Positions 22,771 through 34,353 of a stretch of DNA of 64,000 bases are shown piece by piece. Made by a program: the position numbers and the translations under genes. The stretch covers positions 65,158,397-65,222,396 of the forward strand of contig NC_068990.1 of assembly GCF_001194135.2 (NCBI RefSeq), written 5' to 3'. Source of the stretch: Octopus bimaculoides (taxonomy: Eukaryota). Position 1 is the stretch's first letter. Each line of letters begins with the position of its first letter. The notes beneath the pieces are model-generated. The model saw only the letters and a program-made list of their open reading frames with translations, did no database searches and was not told the DNA's origin.

Positions 22771-23019
22771 CTGCACCAATTATCAGCCTACAAAACTTGG
22801 GATGTGTAAGTATCTCAAGTAGTAGGTGGCAAGGTATCTGTTCATAAAGTCTATTCCAAATCATGCTGAACATCTCCATCGCTTTCTTATGGAGAGCAGC
22901 AAATTGTATCTGGGACCCTCTTAAGAATGTGTTTGCTCTATTTTTTGTTACTTTTTTTGTAATATACACATTTATTTTACCGTAGAATGTTGGGTAAATA
23001 TGAATCTTCATATTTACTG

Positions 23020-24237
23020 CTGCAACATTCTTGTAAAGTGGTAAAACTCTTCACAGTATATTCAAGCTTCCAGTTTCTTTGAGTGAAACGTGTGCAATGT
23101 TCCACCAAATTCTGATTAAGGAAACATTCTAAGGCAAGTAAAGGTCTTCATTATTGATGAAGCTTCATTGATACCAGTTTATGCTTTGAAAGTTACAGAT
23201 AATTGTTCAAGAGATATTATGAATAGTAATAGTATATTTGGTGTGAAAATTATTGTACTAGGAGATTTTAGACAAGTTCTTCTAGATGTTCCCAGAGTTC
23301 CTCCTGCAGCTGTACTTGATGCCTGCCTCAAATGCTCCTCGATGTGGGATAATTTTCATCAAATGCAACTTACGTAAAACAAGAAAACAAATGCAAACAA
23401 ACAAGATTTTTTGAGGTGGCTACAACTTGGAAGTGGATTTCTTCAAAGCTCTCTGGATAATCTTGCAGAAGATACTATTGATATTCCTGAGGCATGCATA
23501 TATAACAATTCTTTGGTATCTGATATATTTGACAACTGTACAGCAGAAGAAAGGTAAAATAGAGTGATCTCACCCCCGAAAAATTCGGACTGCTTAGCAG
23601 TAAATGAAGAAATTCTAACTAGATTACCCACTAAAACTAAGACATATCCAAGCACCAACTCAGTAACTTCTGATAATGAAGAAGCCCAGAATTATCTCTT
23701 GGAATTTTATAAACTCTCCTACACCTTCTGGAATGCCTCCCCATCACCTTAACTTAAAAGTTGGAGCAATAACCATGCTTCTTAGACACCTCTCTATAAC
23801 AGAAGGTCTATGCAACGGAACTCACTTGAAAGTACTTCAGTGCCAAGAGCATAGCATCGAAGCAACAATTATAAGTTGATCTCATTCTCACACGAGAGCA
23901 CTGATTCCAAGAATCAAACTTACTCTGAGTGATGCAAACATTCCATTCGTTCTGCATCGGACCCAGTTCCCGGTTCATCTGTCCTATTCTATGATAATCA
24001 ATAAAGCACCAGGGCAAATATTTGATAGAGTTGGCATACATTTGCTACAGCCATGCTTCACGTAGCTTTTTCAAGTGCAAGGGCGATGAACAGTGTCAGG
24101 GTTAAAGTGATACCCCAAAACGAATCCACTCATGGTCGCAGATTTTAACAAGATTAAAAATGGTTAATCTCAAAAACATCTTTCTCTAATAGGGGCATGT
24201 TTACGATGCAATACAGTCTTGTGGACTGCAACACTAG
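23020..24237 (+). mobile_element. Helitron, degenerate PIF1-family helicase C-terminal half plus candidate 3' terminus
   Basis: SGKTLHSIFKLP, IIDEAS, IVLGDFRQVL, PSGMPPHHLNLKVGAITMLLR, GLCNGT, QFPVHLSYSMIINKAPGQIFDRVGI across frameshifts; hairpin cagtc-ttgtg-gactg (24214-24228), CTAG at 24234-24237, then T. Confidence 0.88.
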
Positions 24238-24268
24238 TTTGTTGAAACCAGTAACACCCTTTTCATCA

Positions 24269-25203
24269 AACAAAATGCACTAGCATGCATACTGCACGGA
24301 GTTATTTAAAATGCTTACTATTTTCCTACGAAGAGAAGTGTTTACATTTTAAGAGAAATGAAGGAAAGCACTTGCCTTTGTCCCATCTGAAATATTTTAC
24401 GAATTGGTGAATTTTTTAGATGCCAAAACTGATGAGTTATTAAGTGTATTGTTCTCCCCATCCCTGCACATAACAGGATCGTCTAACAGCGGAAAATCAC
24501 ACAGCTTAAGATCACTTCGAAATGGCTTAATGAACAGTGGAAGGATGAGGTGTCAAGCCAGTGAAAACTTCACCTTCGGCAGTTGTTTAGATAAAACTCT
24601 TATCTACACAGATGAAACGTGGTTTACAAACCAAAATGTTGAAGAGGCAAAGTGTATTTTGGAAGGTACAGATACATACATCAATATAAAACACCAGAAC
24701 AAAAGAATTCTTAAAAGAACTCCCAGTATCTCAACAAGTAACGTAGACCCATGGCGAGTTGTCCTACAAGAGAAAGATGCTATAAAAAACAGACTTTTCT
24801 ACTGGGAAACAACCAGAGCTATGGAACAACTAAAACAATGGGGTAAAGTCGAACAGAACCCACTCATGTGGTTAACCATATGGAAAAAATACAATGACAA
24901 ATACATCAGCCACGCATATACAAAAATATACACAGAAAAAAATGTACCACCAGATTCTAAGTATTTCAACATACTACCCTCCGACTGCAATTCACCCAAC
25001 ACCAAAAGAAAAGTAAACAAAGTTAAAAGAAAACTAGAAACAGAATTACATACTCCATCACCTAAACAAATAAACCTCAACGAACTAACAGAAGCATGCG
25101 TAAACAATTGGAACAACTCTCCACCACTACTTCAACAATTACCACCACTCAGCCAACTTGATCCTGAACAAAATGCACTAGCATGCATACTGCACGGAGT
25201 TAT
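24269..25203 (+). repeat. Identical 37-bp direct repeat (24269-24305 and 25167-25203) within a diverged duplication of about 130 bp
   Basis: aacaaaatgcactagcatgcatactgcacggagttat read at both positions. Confidence 0.95.
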
Positions 25204-25240
25204 CAGACCTGCTTGCTTATTTTCATCTGAAGAGAAATAA
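24404..25240 (+). CDS. Endogenous parvovirus/densovirus-like NS1 fragment (SF3 helicase), 278-codon uninterrupted ORF
   Basis: Walker A GSSNSGKS, Walker B LIYTDE, EAKCILEG...INIKHQ...LKRTPSISTSN (motif C); basic KRKVNKVKRKL C-terminal stretch; no HUH nuclease domain or capsid gene nearby. Confidence 0.8.
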   Translation: MVNFLDAKTDELLSVLFSPSLHITGSSNSGKSHSLRSLRNGLMNSGRMRCQASENFTFGSCLDKTLIYTDETWFTNQNVEEAKCILEGTDTYINIKHQNKRILKRTPSISTSNVDPWRVVLQEKDAIKNRLFYWETTRAMEQLKQWGKVEQNPLMWLTIWKKYNDKYISHAYTKIYTEKNVPPDSKYFNILPSDCNSPNTKRKVNKVKRKLETELHTPSPKQINLNELTEACVNNWNNSPPLLQQLPPLSQLDPEQNALACILHGVIRPACLFSSEEK

Positions 25241-25716
25241 TGAAAATGAATGGACTCCTTTACCTTCACCCGAAATTTTCTGACTAAAATCTAAAAACAT
25301 TATACACATTATAATCTCACAATAGATTTTTCACTTTCACTTTTTCAATGGTAAGCGCGTCTGCAGGCATATTTTCTTTATCTCAATAAAACAATTGAAC
25401 TTTACTTCCTGTCTTTGTTATTGTTATTATTATTATATATATATATATATATACACACACCACCTGCAACCAGCTACACTGAAATATTGTGAAGCAAGCA
25501 CACACCTGCAACCAGCTACAGTGGTAAGTTATGAGATGCACGCACGCACGCATTGACCACAATATTTTTCGATGTCGATGCTAAGAGGTAAGTGAGGTTA
25601 GAGGGGGCATCAATTCACACCTGCGTCCATCCCCTTCTCTGGTATTCTTTTCTATTCAACTCCATCGACACTTACCAGGGAAAACAACAACTACAGTCTC
25701 CCTGTCCTCATATATA

Positions 25717-27543
25717 CAGGGTGGGGCATAAATACTGTTACAAAAGTTCAAAACTATTTTGTGTGAAGGATTGTGGATTGATTATTAATCCCTCCTATCC
25801 ATATCTTGGTGCAAGCCCAGATGGATTAGTTGATATACCTAACTTTCCAGACAGACCAGGATTGCTTGAAATCAAATGTCCATCAAGTGACAAATGGAAA
25901 CGGTTATCCCCTCATGAATGTGCAAAAGACAGTTCTTTCTTTTGTTCTGTTAAAGACAATGAAGTTGTGCTGAAAAGACATCACTCCTATTTTTATCAAG
26001 TGCAAGGGCAGATGGCATTAACTAGAAGAAAATGGTGTGATTTTGTAGTTTGGACCNNNNNNNNNNNNNNNNNNNNNNNNNNNNNNNNNNNNNNNNNNNN
26101 NNNNNNNNNNNNNNNNNNNNNNNNNNNNNNNNNNNNNNNNNNNNNNNNNNNNNNNNNNNNNNNNNNNNNNNNNNNNNNNNNNNNNNNNNNNNNNNNNNNN
26201 NNNNNNNNNNNNNNNNNNNNNNNNNNNNNNNNNNNNNNNNNNNNNNNNNNNNNNNNNNNNNNNNNNNNNNNNNNNNNNNNNNNNNNNNNNNNNNNNNNNN
26301 NNNNNNNNNNNNNNNNNNNNNNNNNNNNNNNNNNNNNNNNNNNNNNNNNNNNNNNNNNNNNNNNNNNNNNNNNNNNNNNNNNNNNNNNNNNNNNNNNNNN
26401 NNNNNNNNNNNNNNNNNNNNNNNNNNNNNNNNNNNNNNNNNNNNNNNNNNNNNNNNNNNNNNNNNNNNNNNNNNNNNNNNNNNNNNNNNNNNNNNNNNNN
26501 NNNNNNNNNNNNNNNNNNNNNNNNNNNNNNNNNNNNNNNNNNNNNNNNNNNNNNNNNNNNNNNNNNNNNNNNNNNNNNNNNNNNNNNNNNNNNNNNNNNN
26601 NNNNNNNNNNNNNNNNNNNNNNNNNNNNNNNNNNNNNNNNNNNNNNNNNNNNNNNNNNNNNNNNNNNNNNNNNNNNNNNNNNNNNNNNNNNNNNNNNNNN
26701 NNNNNNNNNNNNNNNNNNNNNNNNNNNNNNNNNNNNNNNNNNNNNNNNNNNNNNNNNNNNNNNNNNNNNNNNNNNNNNNNNNNNNNNNNNNNNNNNNNNN
26801 NNNNNNNNNNNNNNNNNNNNNNNNNNNNNNNNNNNNNNNNNNNNNNNNNNNNNNNNNNNNNNNNNNNNNNNNNNNNNNNNNNNNNNNNNNNNNNNNNNNN
26901 NNNNNNNNNNNNNNNNNNNNNNNNNNNNNNNNNNNNNNNNNNNNNNNNNNNNNNNNNNNNNNNNNNNNNNNNNNNNNNNNNNNNNNNNNNNNNNNNNNNN
27001 NNNNNCCCTCAAGGAATAAAGATAAACAAAGAACAGTACATCGAGGACATTCTGGAAGGCGCGTTTATACCATGGTGCAATTCGGTGTGCGGTGATGAAG
27101 TTTGGACTTTCCAACAAGATGGGGCGACGAGCCACACGTCTCGATTAACACAACAGTGGTGTAGAGACAACTGTCCGTCCTGGATCAGCAAAGAAGAATG
27201 GCCTCTCTCATCACCTGATCTTAACGCTCTTGATTATTCTTTGTGGTCAATTCTGGAGAATGAAGCCTGCTCTACTCCTTGCCAAAATATTGAAGCTCTA
27301 AAGAAAAAATTGACCAAGTGCTGGGATAAAATACCCTTAAATGTTGTGCGTGCTGCTATAGATGACTTCCCCAAAAGACTTCGTAGTGTTGTGAAGGCAC
27401 AAGGTAAACATTTTGAATAAAAGTTACACCATATTGTTCCTTGGGCATTTGCAAAGCAAATTTTGTAATAGTGGGTTGTTAAATAAATTTTTGTCGGGAT
27501 AAATCTGTGTTTTATTTTGTAACAGTATTTATGCCCCACCCTG
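25717..27543 (+). mobile_element. Tc1/mariner maT (DD37D) element spanning an N-gap
   Basis: Perfect 29-bp TIRs cagggtggggcataaatactgttacaaaa (25717-25745 and 27515-27543), TA TSDs; transposase C-terminus 27007-27420 with FQQDGATSH...WPLSSPDLNALDY, 37 residues between the 2nd and 3rd D. Confidence 0.9.
25761..26056 (+). pseudogene. 296-bp near-identical copy of the YqaJ exon (38594-38889) inside the maT element
   Basis: CGLIINPSYPYLGASPDG...LLEIKCP...YQVQGQMAL..RKWCDFVVWT; three substitutions seen versus 38594-38889; ends at the N-gap. Confidence 0.9.
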
Positions 27544-28348
27544 TATAAGCTCTGAGGCATCGATGTAACTGAAAGAAGAGGTGCCTCCCTTAAATATGTA
27601 TAAGCACCAGCGACAGCGAAAAATCTATTGTGAAGACAACTAAGTATAAATAGAACACATCAGACGTACAAGCATCAGTCAACCGAATGCCTCCAAAAAA
27701 GAAGCACGAATCTGGTACTTATAGCAGAACAAACAGGCGTGATCACAAAATACAAACAGAACTGCATATATACATTAGATTCTGCAAAAACTTAGAACTA
27801 GCTATTACGGTGGGTAATAATCATAGATTAGCAAACTTTCAGTTCTCTCTCAACACCAGTGTAGGTCAAACAAGAATTTGCAATATGTTTATTCATAACT
27901 AAAACCATCTATGAACAGTTATGAAATCCACAAGGAAAAACATCTTGTACAGGTTCTCCAAACTCTCTACCAATAAGGACACTTTCTCCCAAAATGTCAG
28001 CTATTTATAACACCCCACTTGCTAAAGTTAGATACATGCAAACAATTCAATATATTATCAATATTTTAAGCACTCTTCCACCTAAAACTGAGCAGACATT
28101 CAGCATGTAGACACATGAATGCTGTCAGACATGATAATGATAAGATAGGTAAGGTAAAGTTTGTGATCAATATCCAGCAGCTGCCATGAAAGATACATGG
28201 ACAGTGTAAAAACAGTAAAATAATTAGCAAAAGCACCATACATTATGAATGAGTGTATTTTACAGCATACCTCTGGCCGTATTATACAGTAAAAAATTTT
28301 TTATATGATCATTAATGTTGTTGCATTTATTTCTTGTATCTTTCACAG

Positions 28349-28583
28349 ATATTTCCTCGGGGATTATAGTCAAACTGGAATTTATGAGGTTTGGCCATCC
28401 CAATGACATTGAAGAACACTTTCCACAGAGAAATGTACAGTTGAAAAACTAAGAAAAGCTCTCAAAGAAGTTGAGTGTTTTAATGCAATTCGGGATATAC
28501 TTTTGGATAAAAAGTGAATTTTACAGAGAAGTACTTTAACAATTGGAATGCACATTAGAAAAAGATAAAGATTTGAAATATAG
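28349..28583 (+). pseudogene. Death-domain terminal exon, copy 1 (degenerate)
   Basis: Pyrimidine tract plus cAG acceptor; ...VKLEFMRFGHPNDIEE / EKCTVEKLRKALKEVECFNAIRDILLDKK*. Confidence 0.55.
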
Positions 28584-29349
28584 GGAAATTTTTAAATTTT
28601 CATTTGTTGTGAGTTAATTCTACGTACAAACACTTCCTTCACCCTTAACTGGTACCATGAGGTCAACATGACCCCAGCCTTATTTAAGAGATTAGATAAT
28701 CCAAGCTATCAGGTTTTATGATTCAATATTCCACAATTTTTTTTTTAATGTTCTTATTAACTGTTCACACTCTTGGTATTTACTTTTTATAGGTATACCA
28801 ATAATAAGATAGAGCAGTATGAGAAAATAAAAATATTAGATTCTCCAAAAACTTACTTTGGCGCATAATAATCATAGAATAGTAAGCTTTCAGCTCTCTC
28901 TTGACCCCAGTGTAAGTCAAACAAAAATTTGTAATACGTTAGTCATTATTCAAACCATCGTTCAACAGTTGTTGAATCTATAAGCAAAAACATTTAGGAT
29001 AATAAGTTCTCCAAACTTTCTGCTAATAAGGATATATTCTCCCAAAATGCCAACTATTTACAACACTGCACTTTCAAAAATTTGAATATATTCTCAATAT
29101 TTTAAGCAGACATTCAGCAATATAGACACGAGATATGATAATGATAAGAAGGTAGGTGAAGTTTGTGATCAATATCCAGAAGCTATCATGAAAGATGTAT
29201 GGACAGTGCAAAAATAGTGAAATAATTCGCAAAAGCATGGTACATTATGAATGACTATACTGTATTGCATACATCTGGCTGTATTATACAGTAAACATTT
29301 TTAATATGATCATTACTGGTATTGTATTCATTTCTTCTATCTTTCTCAG

Positions 29350-29586
29350 ATATTCCCTTGGGAATTAAAGAAGTCAAACTGGAATTTATAAGGCTTGACT
29401 ATCCTAATCATATTGAAGAACTGAGTTTCCACAATGAAAAGCACAGTTGAAACACTAAGAAAATCTCTTAAGCTGAGTGTTTTGAAGCAATTCAATATCT
29501 ACCTTTCAATAAAAAGTGAATTTCATGAAGATGTACTTTATCTAATGAAATGCAGTGTTAGAGAAAGATAAAGGTTTGAAATATAG
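29350..29586 (+). pseudogene. Death-domain terminal exon, copy 2 (degenerate)
   Basis: ctcAG acceptor; LGIKEVKLEFIRLDYPNHIEELSFH / KSTVETLRKSL. Confidence 0.55.
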
Positions 29587-31182
29587 GTAAATTTTTAAAT
29601 CTTTATTTGTTATGAGGTAGTTCTACATACAATCACTGCCTTAACCTTTAACTGGTTCAATGGGGTTGATATGACCCCAATCTTTATTTAGAACACTAGA
29701 TAATCCAAGCCATTACGTTTTATGATTCAATATTCCACCTAATTTTTTTCTTAACTGTTTGCACTCATACAATTTTGTCTCCGTTATTATTATGATTATT
29801 ACATTCTTTGGCTAGGGGTCAAATTGTCTCTCAGCCTATAATTATCATAATGCACATGGTACAGTTCCAGACAACATGCAGTCTTTTACAAATAGATTTC
29901 ACCGAAAAATATTCTTACATCTTTCAGGATGTAATACAATTCACATGTTAGAGAGAGAAACAATTTACCATATTTACTCTGACCATGATAAAAGTTGGTA
30001 TTCACTTTTCATGTGTACCAATGAAGAGCTAGAGCAGAATAAGAAGAACAATCTATGAGGTTGTAACGAAAGTTCTGTCTGTTTTTTTTTTTTTTTTAAG
30101 GATAATTATAAGACATGATTACCCCAGTCTAGCTTCTAAATGATATTAGTAGCTAAAATATTATTTCTTCATTCAGATGACCCAAACGTACATGCCAAGT
30201 AAAGAGCACATACTGCATGTTTTACTGTTTGAATTCCAGATGGGGAATACAGCAAGATCACTCAACAATACTTATGGAAACGATGTGATGAAAGAAAGGA
30301 CATGCAGAAGATGGTTTTCAGTCTAAAAGATGAAGAGAAGGACACCCCCAAAGGACTCAATTCTGAGGAATTACTAGTTACTGTTGATGAAAATCCAACC
30401 GTTACAACTAGGGAACTGAGCAGAGTTTAATGTGAACCATATGACCATCCATTGTGAAATAATAAGACTTGGTAAAGTCTCCAAGGCTGGACAATGGGTT
30501 CCACATGATCTGTCAGAAAACAATCACAAACAACATGTGGATTGCTGTGTCCCATTGCATTCACATGAATTTCAAACACTTTTTTTTAGACAGAATCATT
30601 ACTGGAGATGAGAAGTGGATTCTCTACAATAATGTTAAGTGCAAAAGGCAGTGGCTCAGCCATAATTCAAAACCTATCCAACAGCCTTGAAGTCGTCTGC
30701 ATCCAAAGAAGATTCTTTTGAGTGTATGGTGGGACATGAAGGGAATTGTTTATTATGAGCTGTTAGGTGATAAACAATAACAGCTGGAGTTTACTACCAG
30801 CAGCTAAGATGTTTAAAAACAGTTTTGCAGGAAAAATGGCCTTTGTTGGTAAACAGAAAAAGAATGATCCTGCAGCATAATGCCAGACTCCACACTGCAA
30901 GAGTGACCCAGAATCTCCTAGAAGACTTTGGCTGAGAAATTATGCTTCACCCACCATATTTTTCTGACCTTGCTCCAACAAATTACCATCTTTTTAAAAG
31001 CTTACAAAATCAATTTGCAGAACTTTGGCTTACTTCAAGAGAAGAGGTTGAAATGAAGCTAGTTTCTTTTTTTGAGTCAAAACCAATTGAATTTTATGAA
31101 AAGGGTATCAAAATGCTTAGGGAAAGATGGGAAGATGTCACTGAAAAGACTGGTGACTATGTTGATGATTAAAAAACATATA

Positions 31183-33490
31183 CAGGGTATTCCAGAAGTC
31201 TTGGGCACATTTCAAGTCCTCATATCTGCTGGACTATGATTGGTAGTAAGACGAAACTGGTACCATTTTAAAGCTAAATTCATTAAGTTTTTTTGTAATG
31301 CTAATGATTTTTTCATATTTTTTCAGAGCCAGTAATGGCGTTCACTCAACCAAAATAGGCGTTTTGCGTCTTTCAATTTGCAAAAACTGAATCATGGATA
31401 CTTGTTCAACGTGCATTTCACACAAAATTCCGAAAAAAGGCACCAGAAAGGAAGTCCAAATTGAGATGGCATGGTAAATTCACGAAGGATGGATGTTTGT
31501 GCCCAGCTAAGAGAACAGAACACTCCTCAACTTCAGATGATATGGTTGAGCGTGTTCAAACTGCCTTCGAGCAGACCTCCTGTAAATCAATCAGAAGAGC
31601 CAGTAGGGAACTTCAGCTTCCTACAACAACTGTTTGGCATATCTTAAAAAGACGACTGCAGATGATACCTTACAAATTACAGTTAGTCCAAAGTTGCAGG
31701 ATACTGATGAACCAGATCATCGTGACTTTTGCATTGCAATGCAAGAGAAGTTGGAAGATGACAGATTTGATGACCGGCTTGTTTTTAGCGATGAGGCAAC
31801 CTTCCACGTAAATGGCAAAGTTAACAAGCATAACACTCGCATATGAGGTACTGAAAACCAAACATGAACTTCTTGAGCATCAGTGAGATTCCCCAAAGAT
31901 GAACATGTTTTGTGCCAGTCCAAGAAAGCTGTCTACGGACCATTTTTCTTTGAAGGAGCAATAACAATGGTGACATGTACCTCGACATGCTGGAAAACTG
32001 GTCAATGGACAAGATGAGTGAGGAAGAGTCTGACGACTTCATTTTCCAACAGGATGGGGCGCCACAGCACTGGAGCCTCAGAGTTAGACAATATCTGAAC
32101 ACAATACTGCCAGACAGATGGATTGGATGGTCTGGGCGAGATGATCACGGTCTCATGCCCTGGCCTCCCATGTCTCCAGATCTCACACCTTGCGATTTCT
32201 TTTTGTGGGGGTTTGTGAAAGGACTGGTCTGTGCCTCCCCTTCCAAAGATGTGGATGAACTGAAGGCTCAAATAATGAAAGCTGTTGCAACTGTAGTGAC
32301 GTCATATTGGCGCCAAAAAGGCATAGTCGCTATTGCTACATCCTTAACCACGCATGCGTGGATTTCAACATCCAAGCGTTCCCGCTTCTATTCTGTCTCT
32401 TACCATGCCAGACAGCGAACAAGCAAGACGGTCTAAAACAAGCTCTCATTGAGTGTGGAAGAAGCAAGTTGTCTCTCCAACGATTCATCTCTAGGGACAG
32501 TACATCTACATTCAGGCTACTCAGAAACCGGACAATTGGAAGCTGTATATTTTCCACCATAAATAAATATTGTTGTTGTTGATCAGTTTGGAGTTCTGCG
32601 TTCCGTTCACTTCTAATTTAATATAGGAAAGTCAGGTGTACATCTAATGATGTATAACCCACATTCCTAAAGTGGTGACCCCGACTAAAGAACGACTGCA
32701 GCCATGACGATCTGGACTAATCAGCATCAATAAATATTATGTACTCACTGAAATTGTTCGCATGTGACGAGCATGTTGCTGCCATTTTTAGCAAGTAGAC
32801 GACGCTGTGTAAAAATGAATTTGACGTCTCGTAAGGTATTATCGCTGGTATGAGCAACACGAGTTTACGACCACACGCCGCCGACACCATCATCAACTAC
32901 GACTAACTTGAGCGTCTCTCAACATTTTCATCACACAAATAGAAAGCTAAGAAAAATTTTTTTTCTGCGATAAAGTTTTTATTTTGTCGATGACTTATAG
33001 AGCTTGTAAACAAAACACTTCTTCGCTAATAAGACTTTTGTGGTTTTCACACAAGCAACTTCACGGACATTTCCTTTTACCGACCTTTTGAACTATTTCA
33101 GTGAGATATTAACTCGTTAGCATTTTTCGAACATACAAACTCACATTGTGCCAAGCTAACACAGACGTTTTTTTTCCTTTCTGACTGTTATTTCCATTTC
33201 CTTTCAGCACGTCAAGGTGGTAGGAAAGTCAGGTGTACATCTAATGATGTATAACCCACATTCCTAAACAACCATCAACAACGCAATGCTGGAACGCATT
33301 TGGCAAGAATTGGACTATCAGCTTGACAATTGCCATGTGACCAACGGTGCTCACATTGAACATCTTTGAACATTCCATAAAAAAACTTGAAATTGCTGGC
33401 TTTCAGAATATATCAGATGTGTTTTTATGTCCTTAATAGTTTTCGAGATATTCAATGTCAAAATGTGCCCAAGACTTCCAGAACACCCTG
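31183..33490 (+). mobile_element. rosa/DD41D-like Tc1/mariner element nested in the mariner
   Basis: 30-bp TIRs cagggtattccagaagtcttgggcacattt (31183) and aaatgtgcccaagacttccagaacaccctg (33461-33490), TA TSDs; DUF4817-like N-terminus, FSDEATFHVNGKVNKHN, FQQDGAP...WPPMSPDLTPCDFFLWG; frame resumes after 33272 (TINNAMLERIWQELDY...GAHIEHL*). Confidence 0.92.
32292..33268 (+). mobile_element. Internally deleted Ty3/gypsy LTR element
   Basis: Starts TGtagtgacg; 5' LTR runs to 32671; PBS-like tggtgaccccgac at 32673-32685; last ~47 bp of the LTR repeated at 33222-33268; 4-bp TSD caac (32288-32291 and 33269-33272). Confidence 0.75.
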
Positions 33491-33707
33491 TAGTTTGGGC
33501 TGCATTTTTATACTTATTTCAATTAAAAAGATGGACAGAACTTTCATTACAACCTGATAATTAGATTCTTGAAAAACTTAGAACTACTTATTACAGAAGG
33601 TAATAATCACAGACTAGCAAACTTTCAGTTCTCTCTCAACACCAGTGTCGGTCAAACAAGAATTTGCAATATGTTAGTTGTTATTCAAACCATCCTTGAG
33701 CAGTTAT

Positions 33708-34309
33708 CAAACCCAAGTTTTATTTGAAACTCACAGCTATGTTTAGAAAATCTAACACTGGCTGAAAGATATTTGTTGATGAGGAAAATTACAGCTACCA
33801 ATATCATAAGAAAAATGTCAATGAAACAAAAACATACGGTAGATATGTAGAACAATCTTGCAAAGCAAGAATACATGCAGTGGAACACAAGAGGTTATGT
33901 CTGAGTTAAAAACTACTTCAATTTCAGTATGTGAACCAGCAAGAAGTTTTATTGGAGCTACGATCACTAATGAAGATTGGTTTTCGATTATTTACATGCC
34001 CTCTTTATCATCAATGGGAAGCAATGTACATCAATGGAGACAAAAAGCACAAACGAACCACCAATTCCACAGCAAAGGAATAATTTCAAGATACTGGAAT
34101 CCTACTGTTTTCTTGCAACTGGAGAGAAGAGACTACTAATATTTGCAATGGAAGATGTCTTAGAAGATTTGATACATTTTCCAAATTGGGCAGCAGATGG
34201 TACCTTTAAAATCAGTCCATCAATATATTATCAGCTATATTGTATCCATATCCAAGAAGGTAAATTTAGTATTCCCAGAGTTTTTGCCCTTCTTCCAGGT
34301 AAAACATAT
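33708..34309 (+). pseudogene. MULE (FLYWCH-type Mutator) transposase fragment
   Basis: WAADGTFKISPSIYYQLYCIH...PRVFALLPGKT (MULE domain), preceded by degenerate FLYWCH-like NYSYQYHKK...TKTY...SCKARIH. Confidence 0.8.
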
Positions 34310-34353
34310 TTGTTGCAACTCAAACCGCAGCTTATTCTGAAATCTTTCCCCAG

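Larger units (their letters stand above)
30056..33557 (+). mobile_element. mariner (DD34D-type) element, pseudogenised, carrying nested insertions
   Basis: 25-bp TIRs tgaggttgtaacgaaagttctgtct (30056) and ggacagaactttcattacaacctga (33533-33557), TA TSDs; ORF remnant 30192-31172 with ITGDEKWILY, LHPKKILLSVWW, HPPYFSDLAPTNYHLF. Confidence 0.9.

Noticed and set aside
22790-22930. Minus-strand Tc1/mariner C-terminal-like fragment (AMEMFSMIWNRLYEQIPC)
   Set aside because: Similarity is too weak, and no TIR or catalytic motif is present.
25592-27420. Long ORFs of 379-475 aa
   Set aside because: Artefacts of reading through the 26057-27005 N-gap; the same applies to ORFs over the gaps at 39994-40200 and 60299-61298.
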